Below, in pieces: positions 48,798-62,140 of a stretch of DNA of 64,000 nucleotides (position 1 is its first letter; every line of letters begins with the position of its first letter). The position numbers and the translations under genes are program-made. Where the stretch lies: positions 36,795,911 through 36,859,910 of the forward strand of contig NC_092646.1 of the NCBI RefSeq assembly GCF_039555335.1. Direction: 5' to 3'. This DNA comes from Amphiura filiformis (taxonomy: Eukaryota). The notes under the pieces are model-generated. The model saw only the letters and a program-made list of their open reading frames with translations, was not told where the DNA came from and made no database searches.

Positions 48798-49456
48798 CAT
48801 CAAGATCGTGTTTTGCTTCAAACTCTATGGTTCGCGTGAAACTACTCACCAACGACGACACAAAAATAGAACGTAAACGAATGGATCAACTGAAAGTAGG
48901 AGATAACGTGGAAAGCTTTGACCCGGAAACCAACTCGGTAGCATTTTCCAAAGTGTACTTCATATCTCATGAAGATGAAACCAGCAACTCCTCTCGCTTG
49001 ATAAAGCTAGTGTTCGGTTTCAAGGATGAGAAACAGCTATCGCTTCGTCTGCATTCGAAGCATTTGGTGTATGCGTGCAGTGTTGAGGAGAAAGCTGAAC
49101 CAAATGTAGCACCCATCACTGATTCCTGTCGTTATCCACCGATGAATCCAGTAACCGCTGAAAGCGTGCAAATCGGCGATATCGTGTGGCTGAGAAATTC
49201 TGCCGGTGAATTCACGCCAAAACCGGTGATCGACATCGGTGAGTCCTGGAATGGTATTCGACATCCAATGACTCTTAACCATTACATTGTTGTAGATGAT
49301 GTTTTGGCGTCTGTTCATATGTATGATGAAGGGCTATACAGGCAGGTCACGGCTCTTTTGAGGTTTCTGTATAGCATCAGTCCGTCTATTACCGACACGA
49401 GCCTTGTTAAGAAGCTGGTCCAAATGTGGGATCATGTTGAAGAAAAATTCTTGTAA
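48798..49456 (+). CDS. Copy 3 Hint-domain exon (with in-frame 6-nt insertion before the catalytic Cys)
   Basis: Acceptor acatcag|ca. It encodes (P)SRSCFASNSMVRVKLLTNDDTKIERKRMDQLKVGDNV...VVDDVLASVHMYDEGLYRQVTALLRFL...EEKFL, ending at stop TAA at 49454-49456. Confidence 0.6.
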
Positions 49457-50299
49457 ATGATTTAAGGCACAGGTTTGGATAATACGAATTTGGATGTAGT
49501 AAAGAAAATATAACTCGATTGGTATTAAAGTTAACATCAACTATAACTACTTGGGCATTAAACAAATATATGTTTGTTTCAAGTAACATAAGAGACATAC
49601 ACAAATATTTGGGTCTCGCGGTCTGGGTTTCTTCTCCTATTTTGTTTTAGTCTTTTCTATTCAGGTTTAACAAAGTTTGAGGTGCAAATACGTACAAGAC
49701 CAATGATAACGTGATAAAGATTCATTTAAAGGTGGGTAACCTGATTGACAGCCTCATCCTCACTTTATCCCCATCAAAACGCAGATGTTGATATCAGGTG
49801 AAACCTCACATTTTCTCATTAACATATTGAAACGTTGCGTTCCAAATCGGTATATTTCCGGAGAAATGATCAAAACACTGTAAAATTAGTCTCAACTGTG
49901 GTATACCACATTTGAGTCTTCAACAGTTTTTTGATGATATCTTCGGAAATACACCGATTTGGAACTCCAAATTACAATATGTTAATGAAAAAAAATATGA
50001 TCTCTCATTTGACATCAATTTATTACATGATCATGGTTATTATCATTAAGACTACCAGTATCACGCTGTATAAACGTCAGTAATTCCATAAAGGACTTTA
50101 TGTGACTAATTCTTTATGTTCCTTAACACGGAATGTCTGGTAGAAGCAGACAGACCGGGGAAAACGAGGGTAGGCAGATTTCTTTCATGCTTTGATGGTT
50201 GAGCAAGTGTCCCAAGTTATGCACACTGGTGACATTGAAAAAATCTCACGACCCCTCTGGTACGAGATACAAGACCCCCCTAAAATGACCCCCTGCCTC

Positions 50300-52130
50300 C
50301 CCCTTTCCAACAACAAAAAAGCTAGAAAATGGGTATTTTCAAGATGATCAAATTTATAGAAAACCATTCACAATCAAAAATATACTCTGCAGGTATTAAG
50401 TTGACATATTAATCTTAACGGATATGAAAGAAAAAGTAAAAAATCTAATTGGGTTGTTCCATTTTTTAGGAGGGGTGTTTTCCTATTTTTCACTTTTTGA
50501 GAAAAAGTGAAAAATTCGTATTTTACCCACTTTTTGACGGAAAAAATAAAAACCTTCATACCTTTTAATTTTTTTTATTTTCACATGTAAACTAGTTTCA
50601 TACAAGACTAATTAAATAAAGAAATAAAAATCATGGAGAGTATTTTAATTTACGAGATAGAAGCCCCGGAAGTGGACTACTTTTTCCATATTCTAGCATG
50701 CAGATGTTGTAAAGATATTGAGTTTAAATGGTTTATTGAAGTCTTGATTGTGTATTTTTAATAAATAGAAATTGTTTTTCCTTTTATATAATGTCTAAGA
50801 TGACAATCAAAGGTATTTTGAAGCCCGGGCTATTCCATTATAATACAGAGGTATCACCCTAGAACATCTCAAATGTGCTTATAATAGGGCCTAAAAAGCT
50901 AGAAAATTAGTATTTTCACGATGATCAAATATATAGAAAACCATTCACAATCAAAAATATACTCTGCAGGTTTTAAGTTGACATATTAATCTTAACGGAT
51001 ATGAAAGAAAATGTAAAAAATCTAATTAGGTTGTTCCATTTTTTAGGAGGGGTGTTTTCCTATTTTTCACTTTTTGAGAAAAAGTGAAAAATGCGTTTTT
51101 TACCCACTTTTTGACGGAAAAAATAAAAATATTCATACCTTTTAATTTGTTTAATTTTCACATGTAAACTAGTCTCATACAAGAGTAATTAAATAAAGAA
51201 ATAAAAATCATGGAGAGTATTTTAATTTATGAGATAGAAGCCCCGGAAGTGGACTACTTTTTCCATATTCTAGCATGCAGATGTTCTAAAGATATTGAGT
51301 TTAATTGGTTTTTTGAAGCCTTGATTGTGTATTGTTAATAAAAAGAAATTGTTTTTCCTTTATAATGTCGAAGGTGACAATCAAAGGTATTTTGAAGCCC
51401 GGGCTATTCCATTATAATACAGAGGTATCACCCTAGAACATCTCGAATTTGCTATAATGGGTCAATAACATTTAAAAAGCTAGAAAATGAGTATTTTCAC
51501 GATGATCAAAGATATTAACCATAACAAAATATACTCGGTAAGTATTAAGTTGATGAATTACCATTAACAGATATGAAAGAAAACATTAAAAATCTAATTG
51601 GTTTGTTCCATTTTTAGGAGGGGTATTTTTTCTATTTTTCACTTTTTGAAAAAAAGGGAAAATGTGTTTTTTACCCACTAGAATGCAGATGTTGTAAATA
51701 TATTGAATTTAAATGGTTATTTGAAGTCTTTGGTTCTCCTTTATATTGTCTAATATTACACTCAAGGGTATTTTGATGTGTGGGGTATTCCATTATAATA
51801 CAGAGGTGCGAAGTTAGCTTATAATGGTTAAATAACATCAACAAAGGTAGAAAATTGGTATTTTCATGATGAACAAAGATATAGAAAACCCTTCTCAATC
51901 AAAAATATAATCTGCATGTATTAAGTTAAATTACTCTTAATAAGACTACGAATATAAGAGAAAAGGTAAAAAAATCCCAATGGTTTGTTCCATTTTGGGG
52001 AGGGTGTTTTCCTACTTTTCACCTTTTGAGAAACAGTGAATAATGTGATTTGTAACCAATATTTTGATGCAAAAGATAAAAACCTCCATATATTTTAATT
52101 TTTTAATTTTCACGGGTGAACTAGTTTAAG
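50300..52130. repeat. Satellite array, ~585-bp unit x ~3.2
   Basis: The unit aagctagaaaat[gt]ggtattttca[ac]gatgatcaaat...ttttcactttttgagaaaaagtgaaaaat... recurs at about 50312, 50897 and 51476, with a partial copy from 51850. Confidence 0.85.
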
Positions 52131-52839
52131 GGCTCGGATAGCGATGTTTTCACAGATTTCTTTGTCGGAATTGAGAGCACATGAACCTTCTGATATCAAA
52201 TAGTTTTGCTTTTTTGAAATGTGTGATATAATGTTGGGTTTTTTTTCAAATAATTACCAAAAACATTTTGATCTTTTTGGGAAAATATGTATATCTATAT
52301 GAAAGGTCAAAATTTTTAATTGATCGTCGGCGTCGGCTTTTCATCCCATCGTGAATTTCAAAAATCAAAATTAGTTGATATCGGAAGCACATTCCTCGTA
52401 TTCAGAATGTAATTCGATATGCCTGATGTGCTCTCAGGTCACATACAAAACATATGAAACGCCGCTATCGGCACCCTTAATTTCAGACTAATAAATAAAG
52501 AAATACAAGTCATGGAGGATATTTTAGTTTACGAGGTACACATGCCAGAAGTGGACTACTTTTCTGAAATGCTAGAATGCAGATGTTTTTAAGATATGGG
52601 CTTTTAATCTTTAATGTGTATTTGTAATTAAAATATGATTTGTTTTCAGTGTGGCACCATGGGGGGGTGCTATCCTCAACAAATGCCCCCAGTCAGAACT
52701 CTTTCCCCATTGTTGGACATGTAAGTAAGATGCAATGGTTGTCTCAATGATATGACTGCATATTTGTGCAAACAGCAATAGTGGAATAATGTTTACAAAA
52801 AAATACACAAATTGACATAAGGAAATAAGGGATTTTGAA

Positions 52840-53590
52840 CATTTTGAACATGGAGACATGGATATTTTAAAAAACCCATTTTTTAAGTCTTTTGTTGCTT
52901 ATTATTATATATATAAATAACCATATTAAGTTTGACCAAGTTAATGCAACTCTCCTAATTAGCATCATATTGTAGCGATATGAGCATTTAGCATACCGCA
53001 CATCTATTATCTGCTCAATATCAGCCATTTTAAACAGTGGAATATAGCAAAAACCATGATAAACTCAGTTTTCTACAAACACCCCTTTGAAAAAATGGAC
53101 TAACCCTGGCTAATATCACATGTTTGTGTCACCGTAGTCATGTGGTATAGAGTGATAAACAAAATATTGCAGTTTTGAATTGAAGTCATTTCCATATGCA
53201 GTTCCTAAAATTAGGAACTAAGGCATTTTGAACATGGAGACTGGATATATATAAAAAAAAACATTTTTAAGTCTTTCGTTGCTTATTGTTATAACAATAT
53301 TTGTCAAGTTTGACCAAGTTAATGCAACTCTCCTAATTACCATTATATTATAGAGATATGAGCATTTAACATACCGTACAGCTATTATCTGCTCAATATC
53401 AGCCATTTTACACAGTGGAATATAGCAAAAACCATGACACCCCAGTTTTCTACAAACACCCCTTTGAAATAATGGACTAACCCTGGCTAATATCACATGT
53501 TTGTGTCAGCGTAGTCATGTGGTATAGAGAGATAAACAAAATGTTGCAGTTTTGAATTGAAGTCATCACTATATGCAGTGATATGGAAGT
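52840..53590. repeat. Tandem duplication ~375-bp x 2
   Basis: ...gtcttt[tc]gttgcttatt...gtttgaccaagttaatgcaactctcctaatta...ctgctcaatatcagccatttta... is duplicated. Confidence 0.8.
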
Positions 53591-54490
53591 AGAAGTGTAA
53601 GTAACAAAAATGCCTCATTTGACTAATTGTTAAAAGTGCCCTGAATTGGTGGCCATGTAAGTAAAATACTAAAGAAGTCCCATGATTAGAATGCACTTTT
53701 GTAAACATCAAGAGTGGGGTAATTTATGACAAAAAAATAAAAAATAAAAAAAGGTATGAAGGTTTTTATTTTTCCCTCAAAGATTGGGGAAAATTAGGCA
53801 TTTTCAACATTTTAAAAATACAAGAATATAGTCTCACCCCTCATGCTGAAAATGGAACATTCCAAACATTTTTAAAGCTTACTGTGCATTTTTATATTGT
53901 AAAAATATGTAATATTACATGACAGAAAAAGTAAAGTGATAAACCATTGTGTTATATTCAAACATGTCATCTGGAATGTGTGCAAAATTCAATATTTTCA
54001 AATTTGTCAGGGGTAAGCAGAAACCAATTTTAGGGCGGTTTTAGGGGGTCTGGTATCTTGCTCAGGGGTGATATGAGAATTTTTCATCACCATTTTCATG
54101 AATACTTTAGGGAACCTAATGAAACTTCAAAATATGAGTAAAAAATGCTGACCCCTCTTTTCCTAGATTTTGCTATATTGTACTGTTTTCTGAGATATGT
54201 AGTGTTAAAAGGAACATTTACGTCTTCATTTTGCATGAATGTTTGAAAGGGACGGCATTAATGTTAAAAGTTAAAAAGTTTTAAAGAATTTGATTTTCCA
54301 AATATATCAGGTCACCTTCCTTTAACACAAAGTTCTTTCAAAACGAAAATTGCAGCACGCATGTAAATTTACGGTCGAACAGATATTTTTCCTCCCAAAA
54401 AATGGAGAGAACAAAAATTTGTGTCGACAAATTTGTTCGGGTTGTATTGTTTTAGTTTACGACAAACAAGTTGTTACGCCTTGTAAAGTA

Positions 54491-55621
54491 CAGGGTGTCC
54501 CAGAAAAAATTACCGGCCGAATAAATTTGGACGTAAGTCGATAAATAGACATCAGAATCCAAAAATCTAAACATCAGCGTGTAGCCTATCCTATTTTGCA
54601 TCTATACGCTAATTAGGCTGGAATCGGTTGACTGATTGCAAAGAAATGAGCGATTACATAACGCATGCATCAATTCACTTCATTCCAAGTTTAAAAGAAA
54701 CATCATTCAACACATTGCACAATACATGTAGTGGTTAACTGTCAATGGGCTTCATATTTTGTTCTGTGAAATCCTTTCGGCAGGATATTGAAATTGAAAG
54801 CTTGTATGTAAGATTATGCTCGGTACTTGTAAATATATTTTTTCGTTAATGTTCATATAAATGTTTTATAAAGAATTATTCATTCATTTATTCATTTCCA
54901 CGATTCACAAAAAAATACAGAAAAGTTACCAAACAGAAATAAAACAGCAAATAATAAAAATTAAAAACAACAAACAACAAACAAGAACAAAAAAATACAA
55001 TGCTCGCATAAATTTATTGCATAAAAATATTTCCAGCTGGCTTAAAAAATTTCTCATACACATTAATGTTTTTGGAATATTTCCAAGAAATTGTAATGCA
55101 AAGTTTAAATCTTTTAAAACTTCAACATTAATGTTGCATGGTAGGCCCTATCAAAAATCACACGTAAAACTGTAAACACTTGATCATTGTTATTCTTGGC
55201 TCAAATGTTCTTTGGAAAGTTAAAATATAACATATTTGCACAACATAAAAAATTTGAAGTTTGAAAGCTTCCAATAGCAGAAATCAAACTTTTCTCGGAC
55301 AAACTGTTACATCTTCAGTGAACGCATGAATGACATAACATCGTCCGTTTATAAAATAGATCATGTGTGTAACGACGCATAACGTGCGATTTTGTTACGT
55401 TATGCGTCGTTACACATGTGGACTAAATTTAATGAGATATGGAAAACTTGGAATAAACTGAATTGATGCATGCATTATGTAATCGTTTTTTAATAAAATT
55501 TTCGCATGTGATACACAACAAAATAAGCTATGCGCTTCATTTTAAAAATTTTGATTCTGATGCCTATTTCTCGACTTACGTTCAATTTTATTCTCTCGGT
55601 AATTGTTTCTGGGACACCCTG
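54491..55621. mobile_element. Tc1/mariner-like non-autonomous element (~1.13 kb, ~75-bp TIRs CAGGGTGTCCCAGAAA..., TA target duplication)
   Basis: Left TIR 54491-54565 is the reverse complement of right TIR 55545-55621. TA lies at 54489-54490 and 55622-55623. There is an internal hairpin at 55340-55420 and no transposase ORF. Confidence 0.65.
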
Positions 55622-56666
55622 TATACTATGAACAGATACAGATAAATTTAAGTGTACTAGTATAAAGTGAATATAAAGGACAACTTGCCTATATTAAGCA
55701 AATAAGTCTTAAGATATGATCTAAATTGTATAAGTGGTATATTACTGAAAGTGGAACAAACAACATAAATACACCGAAATCAAGCTATTGAATATCGATA
55801 ATATAATATCATGCAACTTCTTTTGCTGCAAATGATGTAATTACAGGTACCTGGCGGGGTATAGTTGTTTGTACATCATTTTGTGTACCTTTTGATTTAT
55901 TTCATTTTTGCTGAAGCATGGAATGGTATCGGCCTGTATTTATTAATGGCTTACAAAGTTACTTACTGACTAGCCTTTTGGTCTGAAATGAGCATATATC
56001 TAAAAATGTCACGAATGTGTCAAATGAAAGAGGAAAAAGTAAAGAATATAATAAAAACATTTCTCCACCCAGACGGTATGACCACCGAGTGACAGTGATA
56101 TACAATAACCTACTGCCGAAGCCCCATGGTTCAGCTATAGTGCGGTAACCGCTCTAGTTCCCAAATGTATGATCGAATACGGTAAATTTACTCTCAAATA
56201 TGATTTGAAATTTCCCAATTTTCACCATTTAAACATTATTAAAACATCCCCTCATGGCTAAAATAAAAATTCAGAACCCTCCTCAAGACACCCCCCCGGC
56301 GTAAATAATGATCGGTCCCTTGATATAATTTCTTCCTTAGGTCTTGCTTTCGTATGTCTCTCTAGAATAGCTTTCCTCATCTTCTCTGGTCTCTCTCGTA
56401 TCTTGTCCCGTATAATCGCATCTCATATCTCGCCCTCTTATCAGCCTTGAATATCTCGTATCTCGCCTTCAAATCTCGCACATTAAAATGCAGATTTTGT
56501 TATCACATATTTTCCACATGACCCAGTATAGGGCCTGAGATATGTGTGTGTTTTATATTTTGTAAGGTGATGCAACACTTTTCAGGCATTTGATTTTTGT
56601 TGTATCTCCTCCATCTTGTGTTTTTTAATCATTTTGTTAGTTAAGCATTCGTTGCATTTTGATGGA

Positions 56667-56715
56667 AATGAATTGAATTGAATTGAATTGAATTGAATTG
56701 AATTGAATTGAATTG
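56667..56715. repeat. (AATTG)n microsatellite, ~10 units
   Basis: gaattgaattgaattg... read directly. Confidence 0.9.
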
Positions 56716-59426
56716 AAAAGGTACGAAGACATGCGATAGCGAGATATGCAGGCAGGATACCAGCTGGCAAGATATAATACGGAATAATATTGATAAACTA
56801 ACAATTCTTTGGATTTCACAAAAATCCTCAAATACAGCGGGCGTGGTCGTCTTCGACATTTTGTACAGGGATGTGCCACGCACACTTGCCTTTCTCTATG
56901 GGCCTACCTACTTTTTGCTCTTTTTGCAACTCATCAGTGAACCAATTTTTCACACAAAAAGCACCCCGATTTTCCCAAATTGGGTGCTTTAAGTGTCAAA
57001 TGCGCCAAATCGGACGCATAGGTCTCCACTGACTGCCCAACCATCGATATACCAAAGACGCTGAAAGGGTACCCTTAAACCGTGACACATCACCGTACAC
57101 CTTCATCCAGGAAGAATGCAACCGGAATGCAAAATAATAAGAACGCGGGGAAAAAGCAATTAATGTGGTAGTTTAAGCATAACCATATCATATAACATCG
57201 CTATTGCCGCAATAATCTGTGCTTCTTATATCATGTATAATTATGTGTACTTTAGATGACTGTAAACACGTACATTGAAGTAAAATAAAATATTTTGATG
57301 TTAAACTGTTTGTTTAATTCTTTGTAATAGACTGGTTCTATTTTGGAAAAATCGCGATCCTAGCCGAAAGTTTGCGTAAAAGTTGGCAACCAGCTTGTTT
57401 GTGTTAACTTGGGTATGCTGAACTCGAATCTGTTTTCTGCCAAGCAATATTTTGAGACCGTGACCCTTCAGAAACACCCCCAAATGACCCCATAGGATCG
57501 CATAGGGGACAAAAAATTAATTTTATTCCAATAACACTTTCAAACATGTCAAATTACGCGTCTGGTCCCATGGATCCCAGAAATGTAATGTTTGTGAGTG
57601 TACGACCTATCGTTAAGAATTTATGGGGCATAAAAGGTCACAGGTCGAATTGGTTATTCTGTATTGGTCAAAAGTGAAAATTTTTCATTTATCTTCTGAA
57701 CTTGACATCGCAGATAGTAAAAACTATTCTTTTCCTAAATCCCTTCAACTTGAGGAACAGTTTGCATCAATTTTTACGAAAATCGGAGCAACTTTAATTT
57801 CACCCCTGTATTAACCTTGGACCTACTGAGCCTCATAACTTGGTAATTATATGTTCTACGCGCAGATATGTTACATTTTTGTGATCCTTAGACCCAGACA
57901 AATAATTTGACATGTTTTATAGTGAATTTGGAGCATTTTTAATTAACTATATGAACATGTAGGGGTTGGGGTCATTTTTTAGGGTCACGGGGTTCAAATA
58001 TAGCTTGGCAGACAAAATATTTGAAATATTTGAAAAAACCCTGCGTATATAAACAACTACCCGTTTTCGCTTCTGTATTTCACACCCAGCACTCTGAATT
58101 TATACAATAACAGTGAAAAAAGTGGCTTTAATTAGCCTGTCATTTCGCAAATTTTATATTTTTGGCTTTATCAAACTCAAATTTTACACAATAGTAGTGC
58201 CAAAATGGTTCACCAAATGGCTTCAATTAGGTCTTCATTTTGCAAACGTTTCTCACTTCAGACATCCCCCCTGTCGCACAACTTTATGGGTATAATAAAG
58301 CAATAATTTATAATAAAAAAAAGTCAAAACTTGTGCACGAATGGCTTCAATTGGGCCGTTTTTCGCAAATTTTAGGCTGTTTCAAACTAAAATTTTACAC
58401 AATAATAGTGACAATATGGTCCACCAAAATGGCTTCAATTGGGTCTTCATTTTACAAAAGCTTCTTACTTCTCAGGAACATCCCCCTCAGACACCCACCT
58501 GCGTCATGCAAGCGACCTAGACTGCTGCCCTCAGTCGTCAACCGTCTGGATTGACGACTGAGAAAACTACGTCATACGTGGAAAAAAGTCACGGATTTTG
58601 CAACAGGATTCCTAGTCTCCTACACAGCCAGTTTGTGTCGGTCTGACACTCGTTGATCTTAAATGTATGTTCGTGATCACCATATACAGTCTGGCCCGAG
58701 ACTACGGGATTCCTGTGGCATAGAGCATGCGCAGCTGTGTCCAAATTGACTTTTGACCGAGTTTGTTGTTTTTAGAACTTCAGAGCGCGATCTTGTCACC
58801 TCACAGAGGCGCGGCACAGATATGGACTGTATGATAATCAGTCGTCACTACGAAGCATAACAAAGTACATGCGAAGTGTAGACGGCTGATTGGAATTAAT
58901 CTACAAGCGACCCGAGCCATTTCTTACATTTTATAACTTTTTTCTCAAATCCCCCCCCCCCCCCCTCCCACCCTGACTGCTCTAGATCCGCCATTGGCAC
59001 TCTCAACCAACCTAAATAATTTGCCCGAATCAGCCTAGCCCAATTGCCCATAGATTAGGGCCTATAAAGCGTTGGTGCATAAGATATCTGTGGAATTGCT
59101 CGATTAGGCTGCCCTCACCAGTGTTGTAAACCAATAGCAAGCCATCGCTCGCCGCCTAGGCGAGGTTAGGGTTCACTCGCTTTTTTACACCGCTTTTGCA
59201 CCATCTTGCTGGTATCAACTAACAAAAAATACCCCCAAAATTGGCCCGTCTAAGCGTGTTAAAATGTCTAGAACCCAGGAGCTTCCGGGGGCTCTGCCCC
59301 TGGACCCATGCAAGGGCTTCGCCCCTGGACCCCATCAGGGGCAAAGCGGGCTCCTGGACCTCACGCCGTTATGACGCTTCGCTCCTTACCATGCTTACGC
59401 TCGCTACGCTCTATTGGGTCACATTT

Positions 59427-59830
59427 TCAGAAGTGCCCCCTCCCCTTTTCGAAATCCTGGATCCGCTCCTGAGAGAACCCATATGCGATCACTACAGCAT
59501 TGCATCTTTTTCTCATGCTTCTTATCAACCTGGCCACACGCTCCTGAGGGATGGCATACCAAGCTTCAAGCAGGATCTGTCTTAAACCAGCCAAGGTGGT
59601 TTGATCTGTCACTCTAGTGCGCACAGCCCGACCAAGTTGGTCCCAGAGATGTTCTTTAGGATGCAAGTCCGGGTTATTGGCTGGCTACACCATATGTTGA
59701 ATTCCTTCTTCTTGCAGGAAGTCATTTGCAAGCCCTGTGTGGTCGAGGGTTATCATCCTCTAGAACAGCGTCCAAGGTTTTGCAGAAATGATATACTGCA
59801 AACGACTTTTCATTCATTCTTTTATTTGTG
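59427..59830 (-). pseudogene. Tc1-family transposase C-terminal remnant (DD34E region), frameshifted
   Basis: The minus-strand translations ...LQDDNPRPHRA... and ...PANNPDLHPKEHLWDQLGRAVRTRVTDQTTLAGLRQILLEAWYAIPQERVARLIRSMRKRCNAVVIAYG... match the Tc1 motifs DN(A/D)PxH, SPDLNPIEHLW and EEW..IP....L..SMP.R. Stops and frameshifts are present. Confidence 0.65.
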
Positions 59831-60194
59831 CATTAACACACTCATTCATTCATTCAAAGCCATGAGATGAGCGCAGATAATGATCAGTTTGGCACATTTT
59901 CTTTGAGACCTCTCTGTCTATCAAAGAAAGTTACTCAGCCGTGGAATAAGTTATCCTCACAAATGACAGTGGTGTACCGTGGCCGCCCCAACCCCGGGGG
60001 GCTGAAGAAAATTCAATTTTGCCGCCCTTCCTCAACAGCCCGAAAAGGTTGACCCATTTTTTCTCGGACGTTTGAAAAAGTGAGGAGAAAAAAAAGAAAA
60101 AAAAAAGAGTTTCAGGTGCTAGCGCCCTAAAAGCAGCACATTTTGATGTATAGTACCATTTTTTTCACAATTTTTTATGCTTTATCAAATTTTT

Positions 60195-60330
60195 CCGCCC
60201 TTTTTGATGTACTAATTCTTTTTGCCGCCCCTTCGTTTTAGCCGCCCCTTCTTCTTCTGCCGCCCCTTCATTTTGGCCGCCCCTCCTTTTACCCCGGGGG
60301 GCTGGCGCCCCCAAAGCCCCCCAAAATACG
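60195..60330. repeat. Cluster of 5-6 GCCGCCCCT (GC-box-like, reverse complement AGGGGCGGC) motifs plus two ccggggggctg motifs, ~550-650 bp upstream of copy 4
   Basis: ttccgccc ... tttgccgcccct ... agccgcccct ... ctgccgcccct ... ggccgcccct ... accccggggggctggcgccccc read directly. This is an island of G+C in AT-rich surroundings. Confidence 0.4.
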
Positions 60331-60849
60331 CGCATGAATGAGGTGTCATTGTTGACAAGAAATAACAATGTTTTCACTGATATGAAACAATATACGTTTT
60401 TTGAAAGTTTCCAAACTTATTTGAGGAGTTTATTTAAGTTACAGTTTAATAGTTCTTTAACTTCAATTTCAAATGTATTTCGTCCACTGAGAGATAACAT
60501 TAAAGGAGTACTGACTATTAGTAGGATATCCTTCAAATGCGTTTTGTTTTTCGGAAATGTGTTTTGCATTTGTCATGCACGTACGCCACTATGTGTTTGG
60601 GACCGACGAAATAAATAGAACATGAATAATTTACATATTTTATCTGTAAATAATTTACTTGTTTTGATGATGTGCAGACTTTGTACTTTTTATTTATCAG
60701 TGAGTGGCTGCGTGATATACACACAGGGCTTACCCATTGGCTGAATGCTCTATTGAGCCGTGACATCATATCTAATTATCAGATGTCCTCATTGCAATAG
60801 AGATAGTCTGTAATATTTCCTTCTATTTGCTGCTGTTTATCGAATAATC

Positions 60850-61564
60850 ATGGCGCTTACAATACTATGCAGCTTTCTTTTAGGGAGTACATGTTTATAT
60901 GCTTCAACTGTCTACGGATACCAAGACCTGAACGATAATGATGCGATGTACATTGAAAGATTGTACGAAAACTTCCAGGCCCAATTTAATGCAACACGTA
61001 CGCGTCGCAACCTAAATGCGGTACAGTTTGGTGTTTTAACGATGGGCAGAATAGAAAACAGCAATAATTTTCGTCCATTGCCTCTTACATTTTCCAGCAC
61101 CCTCCCATGCGAGACTACATGCCGTGCGCACGGACTAATAGACCAACCTCCAGCTCCAAACTACCACGCTGCTGTTCCAACACGCTTAGGGTCACATACT
61201 AGGACCCATAGCGAGGTCCAGTTAATAGACGCATTTAATCGGTTAATATATGCTTATGAAGATTTAACAGATGTCTACATACTAACATATTTCAGTCCAT
61301 GCCCTGAATGTGCTGAGAGACTGCGAAGTCTGGCGCAACAATTTAATGATAGACGTCTAATTAACTTCCACATTGGTTACATGCGGGAATATGAGGAGCC
61401 AACGGCTCAATTGGACGGGTCCTGGTTACGAATGCCTACCATAGATAGAACTGAAGAGATTCTTCGGAATTTGCAGAACATCTTCTTTGGGAATATAAGA
61501 GGTTTCTGTCAGCCGAGGCAAAAGCGAAATGCAAATGATTGGGCCATCATTTGTGACCTTCCTG
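60850..61564 (+). CDS. Copy 4 exon 1: signal peptide + deaminase-fold domain + RQKR site; GTAAGA donor; the remaining exons lie beyond the window
   Basis: N-terminus MALTILCSFLLGSTCLYA... The zinc motif is HSE...(29 aa)...PCPECAERL. RQKR lies at 61516-61527. The donor is ctg|gtaaga at 61565. There is no canonical TATA at -62 in this copy. Confidence 0.65.
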
Positions 61565-61797
61565 GTAAGATTTTTAAAATAATTTTTTTTATTAATTTTA
61601 AAGACTTCTGGGAAAATATTCATGTGCTATAACATATTGGTGCAGGTTACACTTAAACGTTGTAGGAACGTTCGTGAACGCGTGAACGTTGTGAAATAAC
61701 GTTCTGAGAACCAACATTTGTGGACCCTTTTGATACCTTAACCCGACAGTACTTAGACAACAAATTCTATTATATCATGGACAATGCCGTGAGCATT

Positions 61798-62140
61798 ACC
61801 CAGCAAACACAAACACGTTCAGATAAAAACGTTTTAATAACATTGAATGTCGAGTTATATAAAGGTCATGAAAACGTTCTTTATGAAAACACACACTGCA
61901 ATAATATTTGTAAAATGTTTACAAAATGTTATTGTAAAATATTTTTGTAAAATATTTTGTCAACACTTAAGTAACATTATGTTAGAATATTTGCAGTAGG
62001 TTATCATCCACTGTTTTTGAATGTTATGAAAACGTTTTATACCCTTTATATGCCCTTTATATAACCCGACATTTAACATTTTCAGGCAACCTTTTCTAAC
62101 CTTTGCAAATGAAGTCGAAAACGTTTGTTTTCGCTGGGTA
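61798..62140. mobile_element. MITE family A, single complete copy (343 bp)
   Basis: Termini are acccagcaaacac...gttttcgctgggta. The interior contains ttatataacccgacatttaa. This is the same family as 653-1345. Confidence 0.65.

Noticed and set aside
59241-59617. Plus-strand ORFs overlapping the Tc1 transposase remnant
   Set aside because: They are antisense to a recognisable, though degraded, transposase reading frame and show no similarity to anything recognisable.
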